Shown here piece by piece: positions 38,528 through 47,793 of a stretch of 64,000 nucleotides of DNA. The position numbers were made by a program, and so were the translations under genes. Source of the DNA: an uncultured Candidatus Micrarchaeota archaeon (lineage in GTDB: Archaea; Micrarchaeota; Micrarchaeia; Anstonellales; Bilamarchaeaceae); NCBI GenBank assembly GCA_963791815.1, contig CAWBTT010000001.1, positions 116,802 through 180,801 on the forward strand, written 5' to 3'. Each line of letters starts with the position of its first letter. Position 1 is the first letter of the stretch. Under the pieces are notes generated by a model that was given only the letters and a program-made list of their open reading frames with translations, ran no database searches and had not been told where the DNA came from.

Positions 38528-39677
38528 CCTTCTTTCCTCTTGTCAGCTCGTGGCTCGTCCAGACTTCGGTCTTTCCGTTTCTGACTACTTGGACCCTTTC
38601 CATGCACGATATGCACGGATCCAGGCTCATCACTATGATTGGGACATCTGTTATGTCAACATCTTTCAGCAATCTTGGGAACGCGATAAGGTTTGCGAGT
38701 GTCGGGGTCCTGAGCCTTACCCTTGCCGTCTTGCCCATGGCAATCCGGACAAAATGCATAAGCTCCCCCCTTGGGGCTTCCACTCTTGCTGCTCCTTCTC
38801 CCTGGGCTATTCTTTTCACAGGGTATTTGGGAATCTTTTCGCAATCAGGGATTCTCTCGCAGGCCTGCTCTAGGATTTTCATGCACTCGAATGTCTCATC
38901 AAGGCGGTTCATTGTCCTTGCCTGCACGTCTCCATCAGTCCGGATTACGGAGCCGATTTTGAGGTACTTGTATCCCATGTATGGAGACTTGACCCTAACA
39001 TCATTGTTGATTCCGGATGCGCGTGCGACAGGGCCGACAAGACCCATTGTTTTGGCATCCTTCTTTGATATTTTTCCCTTTCCGATGCACCTGTCACGGA
39101 TGACATCGTGGTTGCGGACTGACTCGCGGTATTTCTCAAGGGGCCCTCGAATATCCTCAAGTGTTTTCATCACGAACTCCATGTCCTTCTTCTCAAAATT
39201 CCTTTTCATTGTACCGACCAAATCGGGCGAATGATGGACGCGGTTTCCGGTCAGTTCATCAAAAACATCAAGGATTTTTTCCCTTTCCCTAAGGAAATAC
39301 ATGAATAGTGTTTCAAGGCCAAGTTCATGCATCATGGCCCCTGCCCAGAGCATGTGAGAGTGCACCCTCTCAAGTTCTGCTACAACAACTCTTTGAAGAG
39401 CAACGCGCTCATTAATCTCGATTCCGCCGATTCCTTCAACAGTCCTTAGGAATGCCATTGAGTGGCACTGTGAGCAGATTCCGCAGGTTCTCTGGACTGC
39501 GTGAAGGACCGTGTCGACCTGCTTGTTCTCCATTTTCTCCTCAACGCCCCTATGGGCATAGCCAAGGTTGAACTCAGCTTCGCGGACGATTGTCCCTTCC
39601 ACCTGGAGCTTCAGGAAAAGAGGCTCTTTCAGTGCAGGGTGCTGAGGTCCGATTGGGAATGTACATGTTCTGTGCAT
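38520..39677 (-). CDS. Group 4 [NiFe]-hydrogenase large subunit
   Basis: GPQHPAL; L1 RTCGICSQCH; L2 DPCISCMER plus a C-terminal extension. Confidence 0.94.
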   Translation of the reverse strand: MHRTCTFPIGPQHPALKEPLFLKLQVEGTIVREAEFNLGYAHRGVEEKMENKQVDTVLHAVQRTCGICSQCHSMAFLRTVEGIGGIEINERVALQRVVVAELERVHSHMLWAGAMMHELGLETLFMYFLREREKILDVFDELTGNRVHHSPDLVGTMKRNFEKKDMEFVMKTLEDIRGPLEKYRESVRNHDVIRDRCIGKGKISKKDAKTMGLVGPVARASGINNDVRVKSPYMGYKYLKIGSVIRTDGDVQARTMNRLDETFECMKILEQACERIPDCEKIPKYPVKRIAQGEGAARVEAPRGELMHFVRIAMGKTARVRLRTPTLANLIAFPRLLKDVDITDVPIIVMSLDPCISCMERVQVVRNGKTEVWTSHELTRGKKDV

Positions 39678-39964
39678 TATTTCTCCTCCCTGAAAAGTCT
39701 TTTCCCGCTTGAGGGGTTTCCTGCGAATTTAACTCCATATGCTTCTGTCGTCTCGCTCTCCAGAAGCTCGGCATTCTCATAGAGTGGAATAAGGCTCTCG
39801 ACTTCCTCATTTTCCTTGACTGGCACTTTCATCACTTTAATCTCGGGGGCCGTCTCCAGCGAGAAATGATAATACATTGAAAAGCCGGTTCCCTCTTTTA
39901 CGCATGTTACGGAGATTAGCCTGTCAGTCTTGAGTTTCTTTGCCTGTGTGATTACTTTCTTCAT
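39677..39964 (-). CDS. EchD/NuoC-like subunit
   Basis: MYYHFS..ESLIPLYENAELLESE..YGVKFAG. Confidence 0.85.
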   Translation of the reverse strand: MKKVITQAKKLKTDRLISVTCVKEGTGFSMYYHFSLETAPEIKVMKVPVKENEEVESLIPLYENAELLESETTEAYGVKFAGNPSSGKRLFREEK

Positions 39965-40356
39965 TTTTTCAGAGCCTCCATTATTCCCTGGATGATGCTT
40001 TCCGGCCTTGGTGCGCAGCCAGGGACGTAAACTGTTACAGGTATTACCTTGTCGACCGGACCTGCGTGAGCCTTGGAGCCTGCGTAGATTCCTCCGGAGA
40101 TTGCGCACGCACCTATTGCGACGACCCTTTTTGGTTCGGCCAGTTGCTCATAGACATTGAGAAGCCTTGATTTGTTGTGGTGGTTGACTATTCCAGTAAC
40201 GACAAGAACATCCGCCTGCTTCGCGCTTGCTTTTACTTCGATTCCAAATCGGGTAACATCATACCTTGGATTGGTGCATGCGAGGAATTCCAGCGTGCAG
40301 CCATTGCATCCCCCGGCATTGAAGAAGCTTACCCACGGTGATTTCTTGATGCTCAT
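39961..40356 (-). CDS. Hydrogenase small subunit (EchC/NuoB-like)
   Basis: GGCNGC, GACAISGG, VPGCAPRP. Confidence 0.94.
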   Translation of the reverse strand: MSIKKSPWVSFFNAGGCNGCTLEFLACTNPRYDVTRFGIEVKASAKQADVLVVTGIVNHHNKSRLLNVYEQLAEPKRVVAIGACAISGGIYAGSKAHAGPVDKVIPVTVYVPGCAPRPESIIQGIMEALKK

Positions 40357-40469
40357 TTTTTCCCCCAGATATCATTGAGAAGCGCAGTGATAAAATCCGC
40401 GAAATCCCTTGGGGCAAGCTCATTTTCGTCAATCTCTTCTCCGCCAAGGTAAAGCTTGTGTTTCTTCAT
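40353..40469 (-). CDS. 38-aa micro-ORF inside the hydrogenase operon (not in ORF track)
   Basis: MKKHKLYLGGEEIDENELAPRDFADFITALLNDIWGKK; ATGA overlaps with both neighbours. Confidence 0.7.
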   Translation of the reverse strand: MKKHKLYLGGEEIDENELAPRDFADFITALLNDIWGKK

Positions 40470-41170
40470 GCGACCATCTCAAGGATTTTCAAAAGCACTT
40501 GCGGCATTATGCCCAGTCCGACAACAAGCCCTCCAAGAACTGCTGCCACCAGTTTTATTGGCAGGGGCAGCGGAATTGTGATTTTGCTTTTCCGAACCAT
40601 CAACGTGTAACAGATTCTGAAGTAGAAAAGGAAACAGACCAATCCTGCGAATATAGCTGCTATTGCGAGCGCAGGATGGATTGCGAATAGGAATGAGTAG
40701 AGAAGGAACTCCCCCACAAATATATTGAAGCCAACCATGCCCCCAAGTGAAAGGCATGATAAGCACATCAAAAATACAAGGAAATTGTTCTTCTCATACA
40801 AACCAGCGTAATCAACAAGGTCGTTCTTGCCAAGTGATGAGTAGAGCCTGGCAAAAACAATCATGAAAAGGCCGCCGGCGATTGTAAAGTTCAGCGCTTG
40901 GAGGAATGCGAACATGATTGATTTCCCCCCTACAAGGACTGAGCCGGTGTCAAGAACAAAATAGGCGGCCTGGATGATTGTTGAGAATATGGCGTATGTT
41001 ATGATTGACCTTTGGAAGAGCCCTGTCCAGCTGAAAACTATTATTGCAGCGATTCCAAAGAGGATAAACGGGAGCCCCAATGATGAATCGAGCTGGGGCT
41101 GGTAATAAAGAAAACCATACATCCCCGCCAAAGAAATTATGAACAGCAGGATTGCTACCAACAGCCTCAT
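40466..41170 (-). CDS. Truncated Mrp/Nuo antiporter-like subunit
   Basis: FSTIIQAAY and LSLGGMVGFNIFVGEF match the C-terminal half of NuoM/N/MrpD. Confidence 0.8.
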   Translation of the reverse strand: MRLLVAILLFIISLAGMYGFLYYQPQLDSSLGLPFILFGIAAIIVFSWTGLFQRSIITYAIFSTIIQAAYFVLDTGSVLVGGKSIMFAFLQALNFTIAGGLFMIVFARLYSSLGKNDLVDYAGLYEKNNFLVFLMCLSCLSLGGMVGFNIFVGEFLLYSFLFAIHPALAIAAIFAGLVCFLFYFRICYTLMVRKSKITIPLPLPIKLVAAVLGGLVVGLGIMPQVLLKILEMVA

Positions 41171-41193
41171 GGTGCCGAATTCCCAATTAAGGA

Positions 41194-41628
41194 TTATAAA
41201 GCTATTAGAAGTTGGTTGATTTCATTTGATAGCGCCTCTCCTGAGGCACTGATTTCATCAGTTAATTCAGAAAAGCTCTTTGGCTGGATTCCAAGGAGAT
41301 ATATTTTGGATTCGGGAAGCATCTTGCAGAATATCGAGAGTGGCATGGAATGGGTGGAAAGTGTAACGCCTTCGGCATTTTTAGCCTCTGTAAGGGTCAG
41401 CTCCCCAGGATTTCCACCGAAATCAACTGCGTCAATCATGATTATCACTTCAGGTTCCATCCGGCGGATTTTTCCGGTGTAATTCTCAGGAACGGAGCCG
41501 CAGTCAAGCTTGTGCTCTGTTTTCAGTTTTGAAACGACAATTGTTCCGATTGCATCGTCGCCCCTCCCACTGTTGCCGACTCCAAGAAAAAGGAATTTCT
41601 TCTCAAGCAGCTGTTTCAGTCCCTGCAT
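41194..41628 (-). CDS. hycI: Hydrogenase maturation endopeptidase
   Basis: LGVGNSGRGDDAIG, VPEN, IDAVDFG, STHSMPL. Confidence 0.92.
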   Translation of the reverse strand: MQGLKQLLEKKFLFLGVGNSGRGDDAIGTIVVSKLKTEHKLDCGSVPENYTGKIRRMEPEVIIMIDAVDFGGNPGELTLTEAKNAEGVTLSTHSMPLSIFCKMLPESKIYLLGIQPKSFSELTDEISASGEALSNEINQLLIAL

Positions 41629-41678
41629 GCAACCATTCCTGCAGTGAAGCATATAAACAAAATAGTGGAATCACCTAC

Positions 41679-42320
41679 ATGGTCGAGTTTCTGCTTCTTG
41701 CTCTTTTCCTTGGCATAAAGCACAGTTTTGACGCTGACCATCTCCTTGCAGTCTCCAACATACTGACAAAGCCAAGGTCATTGAAGGAGACCCTTAAACT
41801 GACGACACACTGGACAATTGGCCATATCGGCGGCGCTGTTTTTGTCACAATAACCCTATTCACTTTCAGGGATAGCCTTTTCCCCATAATTTTCGAGCAT
41901 TTCGAATTTCTTGTCGCAATCATGCTGATAGGTTTCGGACTGTTCGGCCTTTACCAGGCAAGATTCATCCACAGCCATGAGCATAAGCATGGTGATGAGA
42001 AACATCAGCATATGCACATCCACCTTAAGGGCAAAAAGAAAGACCACTCCCACAAGCATATCCTTGGGATAGGGCTTGTGCAGGGGCTTGCCAGCAATGA
42101 CGAGCTGCTCCTCCTTCTTACTATGTCCCTTGGAGTTGCCGGCCTCTTTGACATGATACTTGGGGTTGTCGTTTTCTCAATAGGGGTATTGATTGGCATG
42201 GTTGCTTTCAGCATCCTTTTCAGCCTGAAGGCGAGCAGCCTCATGCTTAACCGGGCAGTCAATGTTATTGTTGGAGCGGCAAGCGTGATATACGGCTCAA
42301 TGATGCTCTTCGGGTTTTAG
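41679..42320 (+). CDS. Nickel/cobalt transporter (NicO/UreH-like)
   Basis: HSFDADHL motif; His-rich loop. Confidence 0.88.
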   Translation: MVEFLLLALFLGIKHSFDADHLLAVSNILTKPRSLKETLKLTTHWTIGHIGGAVFVTITLFTFRDSLFPIIFEHFEFLVAIMLIGFGLFGLYQARFIHSHEHKHGDEKHQHMHIHLKGKKKDHSHKHILGIGLVQGLASNDELLLLLTMSLGVAGLFDMILGVVVFSIGVLIGMVAFSILFSLKASSLMLNRAVNVIVGAASVIYGSMMLFGF

Positions 42321-42356
42321 CGAAGGATAACGTAAGCTATTTATAGATAAAGCACC

Positions 42357-43265
42357 GTGATTTTACAGATTCTCATGGTATTGTGCATTATAGCGTTTTT
42401 TGTATTGGCAGTAATGTCCATCTTCTCGGCAAAGTATCGGCCGATGGCAAAGGAGGCATTCGGCTGCGTATTCAAGACAATAATGCTCAAACCGTGCGAT
42501 ACCGGACTGGATGACCGGATAAAGGCGGATGTTGTCTCAAAGGTCCTGAAGGTTTCGCCGACAGCGGCAAAATTCACAAACAGGCATTTCACATTCCTTT
42601 CATGGGTCTTTGTTTTGCTGACATTGGTTAGCATGGCGTATTCAGCAGCAGGAGCCTACAACTTCTATTTCTACGGAAACTGTGACGGCCCAGAGAGCAC
42701 TGGAGCCTGCATACTCAATGACCTAACTGGGGATTATGGAAGGTTCAGCGAACCCACTGACCTTCTCGCCCCGACAAGCTACGACGGAATAACAATGGGC
42801 AACCCCAATTCGAGCACAGTGATTGTTGAGTTCGGGTGTTTCACCTGCCCATATACTGGCCAGGCAGAGCAGACAATGCAGGACCTTCTTGCCAAGCATG
42901 ATATCTATTATATTTTCAAGCCTTTCCCGCTCCCGAACCATGAGAGCAGTTATGAGGCGGCCAAGGCAGTCCTTTGCGCAGAGAAACAAAACAAGTCGCT
43001 CGAACTTAGGAGAAGGGTCTTTGCCGAGCTTGAGATATGCAAGCCTGATGACACTCTTGATATGAAGACCCTTGCCAAGGAGGCTGGCCTTGAGATGGGA
43101 AACTTCAGCCAATGCTATGACAACAATGAAACTGTCACAGAGCTTGAAGGTTACATCCAGCAGGGCAAGGATGCCCACATTTACGCAACTCCGACATTCT
43201 TCGTTAATGGAGAGGGAATTGTAGGCCCCAAGTCTCTGGAAGAATTTGAGAGGGTAATACAATGA
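42357..43265 (+). CDS. Membrane-anchored DsbA/thioredoxin-fold protein
   Basis: IVEFGCFTCPYT, FPLPNH, ATPTFFVNG. Confidence 0.85.
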   Translation: MILQILMVLCIIAFFVLAVMSIFSAKYRPMAKEAFGCVFKTIMLKPCDTGLDDRIKADVVSKVLKVSPTAAKFTNRHFTFLSWVFVLLTLVSMAYSAAGAYNFYFYGNCDGPESTGACILNDLTGDYGRFSEPTDLLAPTSYDGITMGNPNSSTVIVEFGCFTCPYTGQAEQTMQDLLAKHDIYYIFKPFPLPNHESSYEAAKAVLCAEKQNKSLELRRRVFAELEICKPDDTLDMKTLAKEAGLEMGNFSQCYDNNETVTELEGYIQQGKDAHIYATPTFFVNGEGIVGPKSLEEFERVIQ

Positions 43266-44428
43266 AAAAGGACTTTCCACTTTTTGAGAAGCACCCAGAT
43301 ATAGTCTACCTTGACAGCGCATGCACAGCGCTCAAGCCAAGGCAAGTGATTGAGGCAGAAGTAAGATACTACGAGGAATTCGGAGCCTGCGCCGGCAGAA
43401 GCTCACACCAGCTTGGCAGGAAAACCAATGATGAATTAGTAAGGTCAAGGGAAAAGATTGCCGGATTTGTCAATGCTGAGCCTGATGGACTGGTCTGGAC
43501 AAGGAACGCGACTGAAGCACTGAACATCGTTGCCAACGGATTTGACTTTTCAAAAAGAAGGAAGGTAATTACAACGGTAATGGAACACCATGCCGCACTG
43601 CTTCCTTATCTTAGACTTAGAGACAAAGGAGTCATTGATGTCGAAGTTCTTCATTGTGATGAAAAAGGCGAGATTCCTTTGGAAAAGTGGGGCGGGGCAA
43701 TTGACAGCTCCACAGCTCTTGTTGTGACAAATAACGCTAACAACACTACTGGCTATGGCCAGAACACAACGGAAATTGCGAAAATCGCTCATGACAATGG
43801 GGCGTTGATTTGCATTGATGGGGCCCAAGGCGTCCCCCACAGAAAGGTCAATGCAAAAGATTACGATTTTCTGGCATTCTCAGCCCACAAGATGTGCGGA
43901 CCGACTGGGATTGGAGCTTTAGCAGCAAAGAAGGAAGCGCTCAAGGAACTCCACCCGCCCATAATTGGAGGCGGTGCTGTCAAGACAGTCAAACTGGATG
44001 AAGTGGTTCCTTTGGAACACAATGTCAGGTTTGAGGCAGGCATCCAGGATTACGCTGGCATCTTCGGTTTCGCAGCTGCATGCGACTACATGAACAACTA
44101 TGGCATGGACAGGGTTGAAGAGCATGAGAAAAGAATGGGTGCTGAACTCCGGGAAGCCCTTGGAGATGCGACAATCTATGGCGGAGAAGGCGACAACTAC
44201 GCTGCTTTATGTTCATTCAACCTTAAGGGAGCCAAGGCTCATGATGTTGCGCTCATGCTGGATAAGGATGGCATCGCCACAAGAAGCGGATTCTTCTGCG
44301 CCCAGCCTGCCATGGAGGCAATGGGAGCAATGAACGGTGCCGTTCGGGCAAGCTGCTACATCTACAATGATTCTGATGATGTCAAAAAGTTCAAGGAATC
44401 GTTGGAAAAAATCAAAATGCTATATTGA
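43262..44428 (+). CDS. sufS: Cysteine desulfurase (SufS-type)
   Basis: YLDSACT, DGAQ, FSAHKMCGPTGIG, RSGFFCAQP. Confidence 0.9.
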   Translation: MKKDFPLFEKHPDIVYLDSACTALKPRQVIEAEVRYYEEFGACAGRSSHQLGRKTNDELVRSREKIAGFVNAEPDGLVWTRNATEALNIVANGFDFSKRRKVITTVMEHHAALLPYLRLRDKGVIDVEVLHCDEKGEIPLEKWGGAIDSSTALVVTNNANNTTGYGQNTTEIAKIAHDNGALICIDGAQGVPHRKVNAKDYDFLAFSAHKMCGPTGIGALAAKKEALKELHPPIIGGGAVKTVKLDEVVPLEHNVRFEAGIQDYAGIFGFAAACDYMNNYGMDRVEEHEKRMGAELREALGDATIYGGEGDNYAALCSFNLKGAKAHDVALMLDKDGIATRSGFFCAQPAMEAMGAMNGAVRASCYIYNDSDDVKKFKESLEKIKMLY

Positions 44429-44431
44429 CAA

Positions 44432-45571
44432 GTGAGCGGATTGGCAATCAAAAAAAATGTCTGGATTTTGGGCATCGTAAGCCTTCTGACAGATATATCC
44501 AGTGAAATGATATTCTCAGTTCTTCCGGTTTTCATGTCAAGCGTGCTCATGCTGGACAAATCAATCATCGGCCTGATTGAAGGACTTGCAGAGGCATCAT
44601 CAAGCGTTTTCAAGCTGGCATCTGAAAGGATTTCCCGCGCGCTTGGAAGCCGGAAGAGAACCATTATCCTTGGGTACGGCATCTCAACAATTCTCAAGCC
44701 CCTCTTTGCTTTCGCGACGACTTGGTGGATGGTCCTTCTTGTCAGGTTCGGAGACCGGGCTGGCAAGGGATTGCGAGGACCTGCCAGGGATGCCATCATT
44801 GCAGATTCATCAGAAGAGAAGAACCGCGGTGTTTCATTCGGACTGCACAGGAGCATGGACACCCTTGGCGCTATAATAGGACCGATAACTGCTTTCCTGA
44901 TTCTATCGGCATACACCAGAGCATTCGAACTGGTTTTCCTGCTTTCTTTCATTCCGGCTGCCCTGGCAGTCGCAGTCATCTGGCTGTTCGTAAAGAAAAC
45001 CGACCAGGTTGGCAGGGTGAAGACGACCAAAACAATAAATGCTGGGAAGTACCGGTGGTTCCTTGGTTCTGCCGCCATTTTCGCACTTGCCAACCTAAGT
45101 TTCGCTTTCCTCATCATAAGGGTCCAGGAATTGGGTCTGCCCATCCAGTTTGCGCCTCTTGCATACCTTGCATTCACAGTGCCTTACGCTCTTTCAGCCA
45201 TCCCCTTCGGCAGGCTTGCTGACAAGTTCGGCCGGATAAACACGATTTCCATAGCATTCGCATTGTTCATCATAGTTTTCGCCGGGCTCGCCATGACAAA
45301 TGATATATGGGCAGGGGTCGCGCTTCTTGTTGTCTATGGTATTGGCACTGCTGGAGTCGATACTGTTCAGAGGATAATAGCATCAGAGGTCGTCCCTGCA
45401 AAGAGAAGAGTTGGCTCGCTTGGGACTTACCAAGGCTTGAGCGGGCTCCTTGCCCTTCCGGCCAGCGTTATGGCAGGAGCGGTTTGGAGCGTGTTCGGGG
45501 CAGAGTACGCTTTCGCCCTTAGCTCGCTCCTGTGCCTTCTGTCACTGATAGTGACACAAAAATTAAGGTAA
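44432..45571 (+). CDS. MFS transporter
   Basis: DISSEMI, DRAGKGLR, GRLADKFGR. Confidence 0.9.
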   Translation: MSGLAIKKNVWILGIVSLLTDISSEMIFSVLPVFMSSVLMLDKSIIGLIEGLAEASSSVFKLASERISRALGSRKRTIILGYGISTILKPLFAFATTWWMVLLVRFGDRAGKGLRGPARDAIIADSSEEKNRGVSFGLHRSMDTLGAIIGPITAFLILSAYTRAFELVFLLSFIPAALAVAVIWLFVKKTDQVGRVKTTKTINAGKYRWFLGSAAIFALANLSFAFLIIRVQELGLPIQFAPLAYLAFTVPYALSAIPFGRLADKFGRINTISIAFALFIIVFAGLAMTNDIWAGVALLVVYGIGTAGVDTVQRIIASEVVPAKRRVGSLGTYQGLSGLLALPASVMAGAVWSVFGAEYAFALSSLLCLLSLIVTQKLR

Positions 45572-45576
45572 GACGC

Positions 45577-46077
45577 TCAGGAGTTGAGAGCCTCAAGGAC
45601 GTCTTTCCGAAGCTTCAGGACATTTGTTTTTCCAATCTGCTCCTTTTCCAGGATTCCCCTTCTGAGCAGCCGGTCTATTATCCTGTGTGCTCTTACCTTT
45701 CCGACACCTTCGAGACGGGATATCTCGGATTGCAGGACCTCCCCTTTCTTCTCCGCTATTTTTTCAATTATTTTCCTCTCTGAAGGCGGAAGAAGGGAAA
45801 GGATTGCCTTTCTTTTGTCAGGTGAAGGAACTGGCAGTTCAACCTTGCGCTCAAAGTAGAGGTAGGCGAGTATGAGGCCGAAAATGAGTCCGACCACCAT
45901 GAATACTGGTATGAAAAATATGACATTCTCAAGGTAGAGTTCATGCTGACATGCCCCATCCTCGATGCATATCACCGGGATTCCCTGCTCCAGTGATTTT
46001 GGCAGGTAATAGACTAGAAGTATCAGTAGTACTATGAGGACCACTCCTCCAAGCATTTTAGCGTTTTTTCCTGCCAT
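45577..46077 (-). CDS. Membrane-anchored wHTH regulator
   Basis: 2 TM helices with a C..C.H loop; LQSEISRLEGVGKVRAHRIIDRL wHTH. Confidence 0.82.
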   Translation of the reverse strand: MAGKNAKMLGGVVLIVLLILLVYYLPKSLEQGIPVICIEDGACQHELYLENVIFFIPVFMVVGLIFGLILAYLYFERKVELPVPSPDKRKAILSLLPPSERKIIEKIAEKKGEVLQSEISRLEGVGKVRAHRIIDRLLRRGILEKEQIGKTNVLKLRKDVLEALNS

Positions 46078-46118
46078 GGCTAGTTCAGCACACTACCAGA
46101 TTATAAGATTTTGGGCTT

Positions 46119-46168
46119 TGGTTTCGGAAAATGAAACCATGGTTTCGTGAAGAAATTAATATGGTTTC
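46119..46168. promoter_or_regulatory. Phased TGGTTTC/GAAACCA operator array upstream of the cop cluster
   Basis: TGGTTTC at 46119, 46140 and 46162; GAAACCA at 46133. Confidence 0.65.
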
Positions 46169-46194
46169 AGTCCTGCGGATTAGTGGTGAGTCCG

Positions 46195-46401
46195 TTGAAA
46201 AAGATATTTTCGATTGATGGAATGCACTGCAAATCGTGCAAGGAAGTAATACTGGATGAACTTACGGGAATGGACTGTGTGGAAAAGGCAGATGTTTCTC
46301 TAGAGAACGGTACTGCAGAAGTTCTGATGAGGGAGAATTGCACAGAACTGATAGTAGAAACAGTACAGAGTCTTGGTTATATTGCTAAGGTGCAGGAATG
46401 A
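46195..46401 (+). CDS. copZ: HMA copper chaperone
   Basis: IDGMHCKSC; GGTGA RBS before TTG at 46195. Confidence 0.85.
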   Translation: MKKIFSIDGMHCKSCKEVILDELTGMDCVEKADVSLENGTAEVLMRENCTELIVETVQSLGYIAKVQE

Positions 46402-47789
46402 AACTGAAAACCAGGGGGATGGAGTGCAGGGCCTGCGAAGCCAGAATAAAAGCGGTAGTAGGAAAGATTGATGGAGTAAAGAGCGTTGAGTCTGACTATG
46501 CTACTGAGACTACAACTGTTGAATGTGAGGATTTTGCGGATGAAGGAGAGATAAAGAGGGCCATAGAATCATTAGGTTACTCTGTCGGAGCCATGAATGT
46601 CCCGGCATCTGAGAGGTTCGGGAACTTCGCTATTGCATTAGGAGTGTTCACCATCCTCGCAGTAGCGTATCTCACTTTCGGAGACAGTATCAATCTTGAT
46701 TTCAGCAATATCAGCATGGAAGCCGGCTTCGCTGCCCTGTTCATACTAGGATTCCTGACTGGATTCCACTGCATTGGCATGTGCGGCGCCTTCGTACTCG
46801 CATACTCGAAGAACCTTAAGGGATCTGGAGATTTAGTGCCCCATTTCCTATATGGCTCTGGGAAAACTTTGTCATATACTGTAATAGGGGCAGTGTTTGG
46901 GGCAGTTGGCTCATTCATAGCATTCACTGTTGAGATGCGGGCGGCAGTTGCCCTAATCGCAGGAGCTTTTCTCGTGATATACGGGCTTAACATGCTGAAC
47001 ATCTTCCCAATATTAAGGAAACTCCAGCTTAGGATTCCATCATTTATACCAAAATCAGAAAGGAATCCCAGAGGCCCATTTGTTACCGGGCTTCTCAACG
47101 GATTGATGATTGCCTGCGGTCCTTTGCAGGCATTGTATATTTTCGCTGCTGGAACAGGAAGCGCGATTTCAGGCGCGCAGGCGCTGTTCTTCTTCGGCCT
47201 TGGAACCCTGCTTCCTTTGCTGACATTCGGAATAGCATCAAATTTCCTTAGCAGGACATTCTCGCACAATGTTGTGAAGTTTTCAGGCGCGCTTGTTGTT
47301 CTTCTTGGACTTGCCATGGCAAGCAACGGGCTGAACCTTCTTGGAGTGGGCCTGCTTGAACCGGGAATCCCACAGGAGACAAACGTTAGCGAAGAGATTG
47401 CAATTGAGGATGGTTTCCAGGTGATAGAGATGAACGTGACCAGGTATGGCTGGGAGCCTAACAGCTTCATACTAAAGAAAGGGGTTCCTGTGAAATGGAA
47501 GATATATGGAAAGGAGCTCAATGGATGCAACAATGAAATCATAGTAAGGGATTTCGCTCTTGACATAAAATTGAAGGAGGGGCTGCAGGTTGTGGATTTC
47601 ACTCCGGATGAAGAAGGGGTTATCAGATGGAGCTGTTGGATGGGAATGATTCCCGGGCAATTTATAGTTACAGATGCTGATAACGTTTCTGATACCTTAG
47701 AAGATGAGGTCGTCATTCCGGATTTGCCCGCTGCGGGAAGCTGCGGCGGCAGCTGCTCAGGAGGCTGCGGATGCGGCTGTGAAGGGTGA
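46398..47789 (+). CDS. HMA + DsbD_2/TauE-like + cupredoxin fusion protein
   Basis: GMECRAC; GFHCIGMCG; ACGPLQ; WSCWMGM; Cys/Gly tail. Confidence 0.88.
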   Translation: MKLKTRGMECRACEARIKAVVGKIDGVKSVESDYATETTTVECEDFADEGEIKRAIESLGYSVGAMNVPASERFGNFAIALGVFTILAVAYLTFGDSINLDFSNISMEAGFAALFILGFLTGFHCIGMCGAFVLAYSKNLKGSGDLVPHFLYGSGKTLSYTVIGAVFGAVGSFIAFTVEMRAAVALIAGAFLVIYGLNMLNIFPILRKLQLRIPSFIPKSERNPRGPFVTGLLNGLMIACGPLQALYIFAAGTGSAISGAQALFFFGLGTLLPLLTFGIASNFLSRTFSHNVVKFSGALVVLLGLAMASNGLNLLGVGLLEPGIPQETNVSEEIAIEDGFQVIEMNVTRYGWEPNSFILKKGVPVKWKIYGKELNGCNNEIIVRDFALDIKLKEGLQVVDFTPDEEGVIRWSCWMGMIPGQFIVTDADNVSDTLEDEVVIPDLPAAGSCGGSCSGGCGCGCEG

Positions 47790-47793
47790 AAGC

